From assembly GCA_963931445.1 (NCBI GenBank), contig OZ007016.1, positions 1,546-65,545 on the forward strand: DNA of 64,000 nt. Direction: 5' to 3'. Below, piece by piece: positions 37,480-48,623 of this stretch. Numbering within the stretch: the stretch's first letter is position 1; each line of letters begins with the position of its first letter. The notes under the pieces were generated by a model. That model had not been told where the DNA came from. It saw only the letters and a program-made list of their open reading frames with translations, and did no database searches. The position numbers were made by a program, and so were the translations under genes. The stretch comes from an uncultured Clostridia bacterium. GTDB taxonomy: Bacteria; Bacillota; Clostridia; TANB77; CAG-508.

Positions 37480-39336
37480 TTATTTCACCTCATAATTAAT
37501 AACTATTATCTCATTTCTATTTTTTCTTGCTTTTCCTTGGTATTCTATAATTTTATATTTGTTTTCTTGTATCCATTTTTTCAAAATATTATTACTTTTT
37601 CCTTTAAACTCTAAAATATTAGACAACATAAATTTTACAGATTTATCATCAAGTTTCTTTAAAAAATTAAGTAACCTAATTTCATCACTTTCGTTCCAAC
37701 CATTAAATCCTCTTTTACCATCATTATAACTACCTAATGTAATTAAATATGGTGGATCGCAATATACAAATGTATCTTTATTTATGTATTCTTCTACTTT
37801 TTCAAAATCTTTTGAAAGAAAAATAACATTTTTTTCTTTTAATCTTCTACAAAAAGAAATTATTTTTTCTAAAATACAATCATTATACCCTGCCTGACCA
37901 ACTGGATTATTATATCCATATGAGGAATTAAATCTAATTTGTTGTTGATAACCAAATAATATTAGTAAATATAATAATTTTGGATCTCGATTATCTATTG
38001 GCATATTATTATACAATTCTCTTATTTTTAAATATTGTTCTTTAGCTCCTTTTTCAAGCTTATATTTCTTTATCATTTTTTCAATATATTTATATAGTTC
38101 AATGGTGTCAATATCTCTAAACATTTCTAAAAGTTCTCTAACCTTAAAGTTACAATCATTGTATACAGTTTGTTCAGCATTAAAATTTATACCTACATTA
38201 AAACCTCCGCCAAATAAATCAATCATTCTCTTATAATTTTTTGGTGAATTATCTTTTAAGAACTGAACCATATCTGCTTTTCCTCCAATAAAATTTAATG
38301 GAGATGCATAATTAATATACTGTTTTTCTTTTTTTTCTACATAAAATAAATATTCATAATGTTCTCCTTCTTTTTCTGCTTTTGAATTTAAATATTTTCT
38401 ATATTTAATTTTAATAAATTTTAATGTTTCTGGTTTTCCATGTCTTTTAAGAACACTTTCAATATATTCTTTAGACATAATTCCATCAGAACTATAACTT
38501 AATATAATATGCTTAAAATCAGCTCTTGCTATAATTTTTTCAAATTCAATTTCAGCATTTCCTTTTTTAGAAAAATCTGAAGTTTTATTTGACATATCTC
38601 TAGCACCAGTAACTCCTTTTATCTCAGGATTATCATACAATGCAATTGTTTCTAATAAATGATATTGAACTGAATATTGATTTTTGGTATATGGCGGATC
38701 AATATATAATATATCTCCACTTATATCATTTATTAACTTTTCAGCTTCTTTATTATAAACTTCATTTTCGAATTTACTGCTTTCTTTTTCCATTTCAATA
38801 GGAATAAATTTCATGGGTTTTACTGCTCTTGGATCCCATTTTTTTAAATATGCTCCATAAACACCGGCGACATTTGCAACTTTTGAAACAGATTCTAATA
38901 ATGAAGCTATAAGATAATAATATTCATCATCATTTATCTTATCTTCTAAATGCCATTTTTCAATTTTATTTCTTATAAAATCAATTCTCTGTGCATTTTC
39001 TTCGCTAAAATACATCCTTTCGCTATTTCCAGTTGAATAGTTTTCATATATAAAACCCTTTAATAAATTTGTTTTATCATTAAATATTTCAAAAGGATCT
39101 TTCTCTAATTTTTCAAATTTTAAATTTGGAGTACAGAGTTTTGCTCTTGAAATAACATATGACATATATAAATTATCATTTGATATTATTCTGTATTTAT
39201 CTTTAAAATAATTTCCAACTGTTGCTGTTCCACTAAATAAATCACAGAATGTATAGTTTTCATTATTTAATCTTAAAGATTCTATTAAATTTTCAATTTC
39301 GTTTAGTATCTTTTGTTTATTACCAATATATCTCAT
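37480..39336 (-). CDS. Tandem double N6-adenine DNA methyltransferase (two T4-Dam/D12-class domains, FokI-methylase-like).
   Basis: First domain: RYIGNKQKIL, DLFSGTATVG, DPPYTKNQY. Second domain: NFIGGKADMV, IDLFGGGFNVG, DPPYLITLGSYNDG. Each parallels T4 Dam YTGNKQSLL / DLFCGG / DPPY. Confidence 0.8.
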   Translation of the reverse strand: MRYIGNKQKILNEIENLIESLRLNNENYTFCDLFSGTATVGNYFKDKYRIISNDNLYMSYVISRAKLCTPNLKFEKLEKDPFEIFNDKTNLLKGFIYENYSTGNSERMYFSEENAQRIDFIRNKIEKWHLEDKINDDEYYYLIASLLESVSKVANVAGVYGAYLKKWDPRAVKPMKFIPIEMEKESSKFENEVYNKEAEKLINDISGDILYIDPPYTKNQYSVQYHLLETIALYDNPEIKGVTGARDMSNKTSDFSKKGNAEIEFEKIIARADFKHIILSYSSDGIMSKEYIESVLKRHGKPETLKFIKIKYRKYLNSKAEKEGEHYEYLFYVEKKEKQYINYASPLNFIGGKADMVQFLKDNSPKNYKRMIDLFGGGFNVGINFNAEQTVYNDCNFKVRELLEMFRDIDTIELYKYIEKMIKKYKLEKGAKEQYLKIRELYNNMPIDNRDPKLLYLLILFGYQQQIRFNSSYGYNNPVGQAGYNDCILEKIISFCRRLKEKNVIFLSKDFEKVEEYINKDTFVYCDPPYLITLGSYNDGKRGFNGWNESDEIRLLNFLKKLDDKSVKFMLSNILEFKGKSNNILKKWIQENKYKIIEYQGKARKNRNEIIVINYEVK

Positions 39337-39451
39337 TTATTACACCTTTTCTTAAAATTCATTATAATATATTTCTGTATTTGTTATATCATATATTACA
39401 TTTTTTCTCAACTAAAACAGCCTAAATATTACTTAAGCTGTTTTACACTTT

Positions 39452-40426
39452 TTAATTTAAATTATTTATACTTTGTTGCACTGGTAATTCATATATTTCT
39501 AATTCATCTGAATTCATATTTTTTTCATTAAATGATACTGCATTTATTTGGTTATTATAATATGTTTTAAAATAATATATTCCCTTAGTTGAATTAATGC
39601 ATGAAGAATATGTTGTCATATCTAATTTATTTTCTTTTGTAACTACTGTTCCTTTTATCATTGATACTGAATCTAGAATATGAAAAAACTGTGATATTGT
39701 TTCTTCTTCACTAACACATTCTACTGAATTTAGCTTATTAAATACTGCTCTTACAAATCTGGATGGTGGAGTTACATCTCCAGGTAGTCCTACCATACTT
39801 ATTCCTTGTCCATATACATTTAATTTAATTTTGTCTGAAAATCTATTTGCAGGGAAATCTGATGAAATATTCATATAATTACTAACATTAAGTTCATGAT
39901 AATAAAATGGTGGATTATTTGTTAATACCCCATATGGGTTATCATATATTTTTAATCCTTCTTCCATTTGCTCTAATACAATACAGTCATTTTTATCACT
40001 AATCATCCAATGTAATTGTGCTGATGGCATTTTTTCATTAAATTTTTCGTCAGTTATATTTAGTTTATTTAACTCTTTTTTTAGTTCAGAAACTTTTGAA
40101 AAGTTACCTAAAATCCATGGTATTAATTCAAATGATGCTATATTTGTATAGTTTTCTTTTTCTTTTTTATATACTGCATTATCTGGAAAATATAATCCTG
40201 CTATACATAATCCTTTTTCATTTGTAGCATCTGCATATAATGGGTAATTGTCTACTACTGTTGCCATTCCAATAATAGCATATTTTAAATTAAAAATTGT
40301 ATTGTTTTTTAATTTAAATTCATAATTTCTTGGAGTTACTATTACTTTTTCTCCAAAATTATATTCTAAATCTAAGTTTCTTCCAAAATAAAAATCTTTA
40401 CTTTTAAATTCAATACAAGTGCACAT
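39452..40426 (-). CDS. cbh: Choloylglycine (bile-salt) hydrolase, Ntn-hydrolase family.
   Basis: The MCT start gives the Cys2 nucleophile. Strong colinear similarity to Clostridium perfringens CBAH (for example GLPGD.TP.SRF.R, HWMISD, YTSC...KGIYY). Confidence 0.85.
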   Translation of the reverse strand: MCTCIEFKSKDFYFGRNLDLEYNFGEKVIVTPRNYEFKLKNNTIFNLKYAIIGMATVVDNYPLYADATNEKGLCIAGLYFPDNAVYKKEKENYTNIASFELIPWILGNFSKVSELKKELNKLNITDEKFNEKMPSAQLHWMISDKNDCIVLEQMEEGLKIYDNPYGVLTNNPPFYYHELNVSNYMNISSDFPANRFSDKIKLNVYGQGISMVGLPGDVTPPSRFVRAVFNKLNSVECVSEEETISQFFHILDSVSMIKGTVVTKENKLDMTTYSSCINSTKGIYYFKTYYNNQINAVSFNEKNMNSDELEIYELPVQQSINNLN

Positions 40427-40475
40427 ATTTTTATTCTCCTTTATTATTTATATTTTTATAAGCTATACCATAAAC

Positions 40476-41243
40476 TTATATATCTATATCTAAACCAACT
40501 GGACAGTGATCACTTCCCATAATTTCTGAAAAAATATAACTTTCATTTATTTTATCTTTTATTCTATCAGATACTATAAAATAATCTATTCTCCACCCTG
40601 CATTTTTCTCTCTTGCTTTAAACATATATGACCACCAAGTATATTTATCTGCTTTATCTGGATATAAATATCTAAAACTATCAACAAAACCTGAATTTAA
40701 TAATTCTGTCATTTTTTCTCTTTCTTCATCTGTAAAACCTGCATTTCTTCTATTTGTTTTAGGATTTTTTAAATCTATTTCTTTGTGTGCTACATTTAAA
40801 TCTCCGCAAAGAATTACTGGTTTTTTCTTATTTAATTCTAAAAGATAATTTCTAAAATCCTCTTCCCAAATCATTCTATAATCTAATCTCTCTAACTCTC
40901 TTTTAGAGTTTGGCGTATAACAATTTACCATATAAAACTTCTCAAACTCTAATGTTATAACTCTTCCTTCTTTATCATGTTCTTCTATTCCTATTCCATA
41001 TTTAATATTTACCGGTTCCTTTTTTGAAAAAATTGCCGTTCCTGAGTACCCTTTTTTTTCTGCACTATTCCAATACATTTTGTAACCATCAAAAATAGTA
41101 TTTATTTTTTCTTCTAGTTGTTCTTCTTGCATCTTAGTTTCTTGAATACAAAAAATATCCGCATTTATTCCTTTAAAAAATTCTTCAAAACCTTTATTTA
41201 TTATTGCTCTTAGTCCATTTACATTCCATGATATTAATTTCAT
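40476..41243 (-). CDS. xth: Exodeoxyribonuclease III (AP endonuclease).
   Basis: MKLISWNVNGLRA N-terminus, and a C-terminal SDHCPV motif. Confidence 0.85.
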   Translation of the reverse strand: MKLISWNVNGLRAIINKGFEEFFKGINADIFCIQETKMQEEQLEEKINTIFDGYKMYWNSAEKKGYSGTAIFSKKEPVNIKYGIGIEEHDKEGRVITLEFEKFYMVNCYTPNSKRELERLDYRMIWEEDFRNYLLELNKKKPVILCGDLNVAHKEIDLKNPKTNRRNAGFTDEEREKMTELLNSGFVDSFRYLYPDKADKYTWWSYMFKAREKNAGWRIDYFIVSDRIKDKINESYIFSEIMGSDHCPVGLDIDI

Positions 41244-41257
41244 CTTTCCCTCCTAAA

Positions 41258-41300
41258 ACAAAAAGGAGATAGTTTCCCATCTCCTCCATTTTATTTTGCT
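41258..41300 (-). terminator. Intrinsic terminator downstream of the cell-wall hydrolase gene.
   Basis: Minus strand ggagatgggaaactatctcc followed by tttttgtttt. Confidence 0.55.
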
Positions 41301-41318
41301 TTTATATTATTTTTTATC

Positions 41319-42320
41319 TTATAATGAGTTGAAATATACATTTCCACCTATCATTTCTCCTGAGGCATAACCTGCTGCTCTAAATGATAAATATGTGTGA
41401 TTTCTTTTTCCATTTAAAGCATCTAAAACTGCTTGTTTTACATATGATGGATAGTTTCCATTTAATCTTCTTTGCCAATAATTATCTATAGAATAACAGA
41501 ATTGACTTGGTGCCATATATTGGCTTAATGGATCTGACCCATAACTTTTCCAACTACTACTTACAGTTCTATTACAAGCTGTTGTAATAACTGCTAAAGC
41601 TCCTGTATAACTTGAACTACATTCTTGTGCTGTTATAGCACATAATAAATCTAATTCACTTTCTGAATATGTCCATTTACCACCATTATAAGTAGTTCTT
41701 GAACCACCTCTAGTAGTAATTTGTCTTGTTCTGATTTCTACAATTTTATCAACTGGTTCTTTAATAACTTTTGATGAAATTTTAGTTTTTTCTATTTCTT
41801 TTTTATTTTGATATTTTACTTTATATGTTACTTCTCTTATTCCATTTTCGCCTTCTTGAATAACACTGTCTTGTTTTGTTCCACTTCCTGTTGTAACATC
41901 TTTAGTTATTGTTTCATAAGGAATTTTTTCCTTTTCTACTACTATTTTTTCTACAATTTTAGAATAATTATCTAAGATATCTTCTGTAGATACATCAGAT
42001 GATTTTTCTACTTTTTCAAAAACCTCAATTTCTTCTGTTTCTTTTGATATTGTTATTGTGTTATTATCAGATAATTCTTCACTTGTATCTGGTAATACTT
42101 TCTCATCTTCTAATAATATAATATGATTTTCATTTAAAATATCTTTGACACTTGTCTTAGTTGTTAAAACATCCATCTCGTAACCACTAGATAAAATTAT
42201 TTTAACATTTCTTACTTTGACATTACCTGCCATTACGCCAACACTTAATAGAAAAATAAGTATTATACTAATACATACTATTTTTTTAAGCGATATTGAC
42301 GCTTTACTATCATTTTTCAT
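41319..42320 (-). CDS. Membrane-anchored G5-domain protein with a C-terminal SleB-like cell-wall hydrolase domain.
   Basis: N-terminal TM anchor. The C-terminal motif ...ITTACNRT...YMAPSQF...GYASGEMIGGNVYFNS is typical of Hydrolase_2/SleB. Confidence 0.6.
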   Translation of the reverse strand: MKNDSKASISLKKIVCISIILIFLLSVGVMAGNVKVRNVKIILSSGYEMDVLTTKTSVKDILNENHIILLEDEKVLPDTSEELSDNNTITISKETEEIEVFEKVEKSSDVSTEDILDNYSKIVEKIVVEKEKIPYETITKDVTTGSGTKQDSVIQEGENGIREVTYKVKYQNKKEIEKTKISSKVIKEPVDKIVEIRTRQITTRGGSRTTYNGGKWTYSESELDLLCAITAQECSSSYTGALAVITTACNRTVSSSWKSYGSDPLSQYMAPSQFCYSIDNYWQRRLNGNYPSYVKQAVLDALNGKRNHTYLSFRAAGYASGEMIGGNVYFNSL

Positions 42321-42613
42321 ATGATATTTGTTCCCTCCTTTAAAAGCAACACATATATTATAGCATGATTATTACAATATGTCAAATTTTAAGCTAAGTG
42401 AGATAATATGCTTATATTACCATTATATGAGGCTTGTACCAAAAATATTACTATTTTATTAAAAAATTAATAACTCCTTTAATATAAAATATATATGTTA
42501 CACTGAACAGTAAGAAAAATTCACAATATTTTCACATATATTTCTTATAATAGTTGTATAATATGTATTATTATGTTATTATATCAATATATTGTTAATA
42601 AGGAGGAAATTTT

Positions 42614-43168
42614 ATGTGGTGGATTTTACTTATAATAATAGTTGCAATTATAATTGCAATTATTGCAATTTATAATAGTCTAGTAACATTAAGACAAAGA
42701 GTAAAAAATGCTTGGAGCCAAATTGATGTACAACTTCAAAGAAGATTTGATTTAATTCCAAATTTAATTGAAACAGTAAAAGGCTATATGGAACATGAAT
42801 CTGATGTTTTAACTAAGGTTACAGAATTGCGTTCATCTTGGGCAAATGCAAAAACAGTTGATGAAAAAGCAAAACTTGATAACCAATTATCAGAATCTTT
42901 AAAAACAATTATGGCTGTAGCAGAAGGTTATCCTGATTTAAAAGCAAATCAAAACTTTAGTGAATTACAAACAGAATTAACAAATACTGAAAATAAAATA
43001 TCTTATTCAAGACAATTTTATAATGATACAGTAACCAGATATAACACTAAACTAGAGCTTTTTCCTTCAAATATAATTGCATCAATGTTTAATTTTAAAG
43101 TAGAAGATTTATTTGAAGTAGATAACCAAGATGCTAGAAAAAATGTAAAAGTTGATTTTAGCAAATAA
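42614..43168 (+). CDS. lemA: LemA family protein.
   Basis: N-terminal TM, then the [31 protein letters not shown] signature. Confidence 0.8.
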   Translation: MWWILLIIIVAIIIAIIAIYNSLVTLRQRVKNAWSQIDVQLQRRFDLIPNLIETVKGYMEHESDVLTKVTELRSSWANAKTVDEKAKLDNQLSESLKTIMAVAEGYPDLKANQNFSELQTELTNTENKISYSRQFYNDTVTRYNTKLELFPSNIIASMFNFKVEDLFEVDNQDARKNVKVDFSK

Positions 43169-43243
43169 TTTATTGTCAATTAGCCACAATATTATTGAGT
43201 AATTTTATTTCAATAATATGTGGCTACATAATTTTATAAAGGA

Positions 43244-44155
43244 ATGGTAAATATGTACAGTGATATAAAAAGTAATAAAATAAAAACTGGATTTATAGTA
43301 TCTTTATTTATAATAGTAATAGCTTTAATTGTATATTATGTATCCATGGCATTTGATTTAGGATATATGTCAATTGTTATAGCAATGATATTTTCAATAG
43401 GTTCTGCTTGGGCTTCATATTATTATAGTGATAAAATTGTTCTGTCTATAAATAGAGCCAGACCAGCAACTCAAGAACAATATCAAAAATTAAATAATAT
43501 TTTAGATGGATTAATGATATCTTCTGGTTTAAAAAATAGACCCAGATTATATGTTGTTGATGACCCTCAACCCAATGCTTTTGCTACTGGTAGAAATCCT
43601 CAAAATTCTGTTATTTGTGTTACAACCGGATTATTAGAAAAATTAGACTATTATGAACTTGAGGGAGTTGTAGCTCATGAGTTATCACATATTAAAAATT
43701 ATGATATAAGACTTTCAGCTGTAGTTAGTGTAATGGTGGGTTTTATGGTAATACTAACAGATTGGGTTAGTCGTGCTTTATTCTGGGGAAGAGGAAGAGA
43801 TAATGATGATAATAATAGTGGTAATCCAATATTAATGATTATTGGATTAATATGCTTATTATTAGCACCTATATTTGGTCAATTAATGCAACTTGCACTT
43901 TCAAGGCGTAGAGAATATTTAGCTGATGCAAGTGCTGTTGAACTTACTAGAAATCCAGATGGAATGATTTCAGCACTTCAAAAACTTGATTCTGACCCTA
44001 ATGAACTAAAAACAGCTAACAATTCTACAGCCCATATGTATATTGTAAGTCCTTTTAAATCAAATCTTAAAAATGGTGGAAAGAAAAAAACTAGTTTATT
44101 TTCTACTCATCCATCAATAGATGATAGAATTGAAGCAATTAGAAATTTGAAATAG
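43244..44155 (+). CDS. htpX: HtpX-like M48 zinc metalloprotease.
   Basis: HELSHIKNYD (HExxH), multiple TM helices, and the conserved lemA-htpX pairing. Confidence 0.85.
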   Translation: MVNMYSDIKSNKIKTGFIVSLFIIVIALIVYYVSMAFDLGYMSIVIAMIFSIGSAWASYYYSDKIVLSINRARPATQEQYQKLNNILDGLMISSGLKNRPRLYVVDDPQPNAFATGRNPQNSVICVTTGLLEKLDYYELEGVVAHELSHIKNYDIRLSAVVSVMVGFMVILTDWVSRALFWGRGRDNDDNNSGNPILMIIGLICLLLAPIFGQLMQLALSRRREYLADASAVELTRNPDGMISALQKLDSDPNELKTANNSTAHMYIVSPFKSNLKNGGKKKTSLFSTHPSIDDRIEAIRNLK

Positions 44156-44353
44156 AAATAACATTTTTATCTTACTTTTATTATGAATATTATTCTATAT
44201 ATTAGTAAAATAAAAGTTAAATTATATGTAAATTTAATTTTATTTTACTAATATAATTGTTATTTTTATTATATAATATGAAAAACTTGGTAGAGCTTTA
44301 AATATTTTTAAGTTCTATCAAGTTTTTTAACATAAAACTAAGTTTTAAATAAA

Positions 44354-45148
44354 CTATATAATATTAAAAATTTTACAAGTATTTTCATAAGTTATTTTTG
44401 CAATTTCTTCTAATGATTTTTTTCTTATATCTGCTATTTTTTGTGCCATATATATAACATTTCTAGAATCATTTCTTTTTCCTCTGTTAGGCTCTGGAGA
44501 TAAGTAAGGACTATCTGTTTCAATAAGCATTCTATCTAACGGTACTAAATTTATTACATCTTCTGCATTTTTAGAATTTTTAAATGTAATTGGACCTGCA
44601 AATGAAATATAATAACCTAATTTAAGAGCTTCTTTTATTAATTCTATATTTAATGGGCAACAGTGAAATACACCTTTTTTTATAACTTCATTATTTTTTA
44701 ATATTTCTAATGTATCCATAACTGCTTCTCTTGTATGTATTACAATTGGTAAATTAAAATTATTAGCTATTTCTATTTGTTTTATAAAAGCTATTTTTTG
44801 TAATTTTCTTTTATTAATATCTTTTTCCCAATAATAATCTAATCCAATTTCACCTATTGCTAATATTTTTTTACTATGTTTTTCTTCATTTATAAAATCT
44901 TCTAATTGTTTTAATTCTTTAATCAATTCTTTTTCATTATTACTTATATCGTTTGGAGATATACCTGATATTGTATACATCCATTCATATTCTTTGGCTA
45001 TTTCTAAGGCATATTTAGAAGATTCTAAACTATACCCTGCATTAATTATTTTACTCACTCCTGATTTATATATTTGCTTTATTATTTCTTCTCTATCATC
45101 ATTAAATTTTTCATCATTATAATGAGCATGTGAATCAAATAATTCCAT
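44354..45148 (-). CDS. tatD: TatD-family metal-dependent DNase/hydrolase.
   Basis: N-terminal MELFDSHAHYNDEKF (the HxH motif). Confidence 0.85.
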   Translation of the reverse strand: MELFDSHAHYNDEKFNDDREEIIKQIYKSGVSKIINAGYSLESSKYALEIAKEYEWMYTISGISPNDISNNEKELIKELKQLEDFINEEKHSKKILAIGEIGLDYYWEKDINKRKLQKIAFIKQIEIANNFNLPIVIHTREAVMDTLEILKNNEVIKKGVFHCCPLNIELIKEALKLGYYISFAGPITFKNSKNAEDVINLVPLDRMLIETDSPYLSPEPNRGKRNDSRNVIYMAQKIADIRKKSLEEIAKITYENTCKIFNII

Positions 45149-45188
45149 TTTTCCTCCATTTTAACAAATATTAATCCATTTAAATTAA

Positions 45189-45587
45189 TTACTCAAATAC
45201 TGCAACTGCACTTGCTACAGCATAGTCTTTAATATGAGAAATACTAATATCTATGTCTTTAAGTTGTAACACATTTGCAGTTTTCCTTATATTTTCTTTT
45301 AACTTTTCCACATTTATTACAGGTTTTCCACTTTCTATATTTATAACCTCTATATCTTTCCATAGTGTATCTTCTCTTCCTGTTATAAATTGTGAAATTG
45401 CTTTAAATACAGCTTCTTTTACAGCAAACCTTGCTGCAAAATGTTGATATTTTATAGCTCCAGATTTATTGCAATATTCGATTTCATTTTCTGTATAAAT
45501 CCTATTTAAAAAATCATTTCCTAATTCTTCAATTGATTTTTGTATTCTGTTTACTTCTATTATATCTATTCCTGTTGTAACTTTCAT
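45189..45587 (-). CDS. acpS: Holo-[acyl-carrier-protein] synthase (4'-phosphopantetheinyl transferase).
   Basis: GIDIIEVNRI N-terminal motif, and size 132 aa. Confidence 0.75.
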   Translation of the reverse strand: MKVTTGIDIIEVNRIQKSIEELGNDFLNRIYTENEIEYCNKSGAIKYQHFAARFAVKEAVFKAISQFITGREDTLWKDIEVINIESGKPVINVEKLKENIRKTANVLQLKDIDISISHIKDYAVASAVAVFE

Positions 45588-45602
45588 AATATCTCCTACT
45601 AT

Positions 45603-45625
45603 TTATAAAACCCCATATGGGGTTT
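45603..45625 (-). terminator. Intrinsic terminator (ccccatatgggg stem plus T-run).
   Basis: aaaaccccatatggggtttt palindrome directly downstream of the 45629..46864 gene. Confidence 0.6.
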
Positions 45626-45628
45626 TAC

Positions 45629-46864
45629 TTATTTCAGACTTGCATATATTATTGTAAGAATATTTATTATTAGTATAGTAATTACAACTACTCTTGTTAT
45701 TTTATTATTTTTATTTAATTCTTCAACATTATGTTTTTTATATGCAATGTCATATTGATTTTTTATTTTGCTAAATACTAAATTAATATCTAAATTATTA
45801 ATCCAATATTCTTCTAATCTTTTTCCAAATTCATCATTTGTTATATCTTGTATCCATAAATTTTTTGAAAAATTTATTAATCCATCTTCTGCTTTTTTTA
45901 AGTTATTTTTAAATTCATAATTTAATTTATTTAAAAATATTTTTTTATATAAAGTTAATATGTATGTATAAAAATACTCACTCTCATATTTTTGTGGTAC
46001 AATTGTAAAATTAGCCGTATTTATATTTGATGTAAGCAATACTGTACTAGTTGATGTGAATCCATATTTTATATACTGATTTTTATACATATTTTTATTA
46101 TTATTTTGAGTGTATTTATCATTTATTATTTGTGAACTTTGTGGTAATATTGAACTATATTTTTCAAATATTGTATCTAATTCATCTTCACTTGTATTTT
46201 CATTCCAATCTTTTTGATCTAGACAAACATATGAATAAACAAAGAATTTGTCATTTCCAATATTGGCCCTTTTTGTTATATCTGTATTACCAGCTATTTC
46301 TTTAATAAGTTCTGTTATATCTTTTACATTTTTAAAAGAACTCGATTGAATTTTTATATTTTCATATTCCTTTAAACTATATGCTATTGAGTTTATTTCT
46401 CTAAATTTATAATTAAAATTTAGTACATCAGAAAAATTTTTTGTGTTTTCTAAATTAGTTTTAAATACTAAAAAACATACTCCTGTTTTATAACAAATTA
46501 TTTTTATTTCTGATATTTCAAAAAATATACCACTATCAACATCTACTTTCCCCTGTAAATTTTCTTTAATTTCATAATTAAAAATATTACAATCATGTTC
46601 TGCAAGTAGTGTTGACTTTACTGTTGAATCTAATTTATTAAAATTCTTTAAACCTATATTACTAGTCTCAAAAGACCAAAACATATAATCTCTAATATTC
46701 GGTAAAAAGTATGTATATAAATGTATATCTTTTTGCTTATCAAAAATTCTTAATTTACATTTTTTATTTCTTAATAAGTCTTGCAAATATTTTTTATATT
46801 GTTTTTCATCTATTATATATGGATATATAAAATATGTATATTGATATTTTGTCATAAGTTCCAT
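45629..46864 (-). CDS. Hypothetical protein with a C-terminal TM anchor (411 aa).
   Basis: ORF with a C-terminal hydrophobic helix ITRVVVITILIINILTIIYASL. Confidence 0.5.
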   Translation of the reverse strand: MELMTKYQYTYFIYPYIIDEKQYKKYLQDLLRNKKCKLRIFDKQKDIHLYTYFLPNIRDYMFWSFETSNIGLKNFNKLDSTVKSTLLAEHDCNIFNYEIKENLQGKVDVDSGIFFEISEIKIICYKTGVCFLVFKTNLENTKNFSDVLNFNYKFREINSIAYSLKEYENIKIQSSSFKNVKDITELIKEIAGNTDITKRANIGNDKFFVYSYVCLDQKDWNENTSEDELDTIFEKYSSILPQSSQIINDKYTQNNNKNMYKNQYIKYGFTSTSTVLLTSNINTANFTIVPQKYESEYFYTYILTLYKKIFLNKLNYEFKNNLKKAEDGLINFSKNLWIQDITNDEFGKRLEEYWINNLDINLVFSKIKNQYDIAYKKHNVEELNKNNKITRVVVITILIINILTIIYASLK

Positions 46865-46882
46865 TATTTATTCCTCCTCTTA

Positions 46883-48421
46883 CTATTTATCAGTAAAATA
46901 GTATAAGTTTAAATCTTCTCCTAAGTGCCATTTTCCAATAAATTCTACTAAAATATTATTATCTAAATTATATGAAGGTGATACTGCTATTTGTCCTTTT
47001 GAATCTACCGCTCCCCATAGTCCATCTTTTTTTATACTAGCATATCCATAATCATTTTGTTCTCTTACTTCATCATATATATAATTTACTACAACATTTC
47101 CATTTTTATCAACAAATCCATATTTTCCTTCTTCATTTTTGCTTGCAAAAATGGTATTTCCTGTTAAAATTTCAGTAGTTTTCTTTTCTTCAAATTTAAA
47201 ATTATAGTATTTATATTCTTCATTCTCTCTTACTTTAATATACCCACCTTGTTCATTTACTTCAGATACTATAACATTTGATAATTTTAAGTTTAAATCT
47301 GAATCAAATAAATCAGATGTATAATTTTTATTAATTCCTTCGTAAAAATTAGCTGTGTTTCTATATACAATATTTGAATATTTAAGTTCTACTACAGCAT
47401 TTCCATTTGTATTTATTATTCCATATTTAGAATTATTTTTAACTATATAATTATTACCCAAACTATATTCTAAACTGTCATATTTTATATCTATCAAAGT
47501 TTTATTATCTGCTACTGAAACCACTCCATACTTGTCATTCTTTTCTACAACTGCATTTTCACCATTTACTGATATAATATTATCATAATTTTCTAAATAC
47601 TTCTTTCCTGTAGTATCAATTACTTTCCATTTATTATTTTCTTTTACAATATAATATTTTCCACCACAATATATATTTTTTATATCTTGATATTTTTCTT
47701 CAACAGCTACTGTTTTAGTATAATTAATTACTCCATATTTTCCATCTTCATTTTTTACTATATAGCCTTCTTCATATTTATTTGAAATTGGTTTTATTTC
47801 TTTGTATTTATTTTCTATAATAACAGAACCTATATTATCAATTATTCCATATTTACCATTTTCTTTTGTTAACAAACTATTTTCTACACCTTTTAAAGCT
47901 GTAATTGAATCATATTTACAATCAGAAATTTTGTTTCCGTTTATGTCAATTATTCCATATTTGTTATCTTTTGAAACTTTTAATAAATTATTTTCATACC
48001 ATAAATTATTACTACTATCATAATTTTCTATTGCTTCTACTAAATCATATTCTGTAAATATTTCTTCATTTTTTTCATTTAAAACTTTAGTATCATAAGT
48101 ATCTTTACTATAATTAACATCTGTAGTACATATAAAAACAGGTTTTGAGTTATCTGGTATTACAATATATTCTTCATATATTGGTTCAATTATTACATTT
48201 CCTTTAGAATCTATAACTCCCCATTTTTGATTTGTATATACTGGAAAATATTTTAATGCAACTGCTTTTTGTGGAATACTACCTTCTTTATCAAATAATT
48301 TTTGTATTCCTAATACAAACATTATTATTACTAAAATTGCAATTAAAACAGCAAAAACTTTTTTTATATTTAGTTTTTGTTCTCCATCATATCTTTTTCC
48401 TCTACTCATAATGACCTCCAA
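46883..48421 (-). CDS. WG-repeat (KWG) containing protein, membrane-anchored.
   Basis: At least 8 repeats of the KYG(V/I)ID..G..(V/I)I...Y pattern. N-terminal TM. Confidence 0.7.
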   Translation of the reverse strand: MEVIMSRGKRYDGEQKLNIKKVFAVLIAILVIIMFVLGIQKLFDKEGSIPQKAVALKYFPVYTNQKWGVIDSKGNVIIEPIYEEYIVIPDNSKPVFICTTDVNYSKDTYDTKVLNEKNEEIFTEYDLVEAIENYDSSNNLWYENNLLKVSKDNKYGIIDINGNKISDCKYDSITALKGVENSLLTKENGKYGIIDNIGSVIIENKYKEIKPISNKYEEGYIVKNEDGKYGVINYTKTVAVEEKYQDIKNIYCGGKYYIVKENNKWKVIDTTGKKYLENYDNIISVNGENAVVEKNDKYGVVSVADNKTLIDIKYDSLEYSLGNNYIVKNNSKYGIINTNGNAVVELKYSNIVYRNTANFYEGINKNYTSDLFDSDLNLKLSNVIVSEVNEQGGYIKVRENEEYKYYNFKFEEKKTTEILTGNTIFASKNEEGKYGFVDKNGNVVVNYIYDEVREQNDYGYASIKKDGLWGAVDSKGQIAVSPSYNLDNNILVEFIGKWHLGEDLNLYYFTDK

Positions 48422-48623
48422 AAACAGATATTTTTTTACATATATACTATATCATATTTAATAGGCTAATTACAACATTATTATACATTTTTTGCAAAAA
48501 GATAAAACACGCTGTTACTGTTCAGTGTAACAGCACTTTTAACTTTGCTGTATAGAAAAAAGAATTTTGAAATATTAAAAATATTTCAAAATTCTCTTTA
48601 TCATTAAACTATACATTTTTAAT

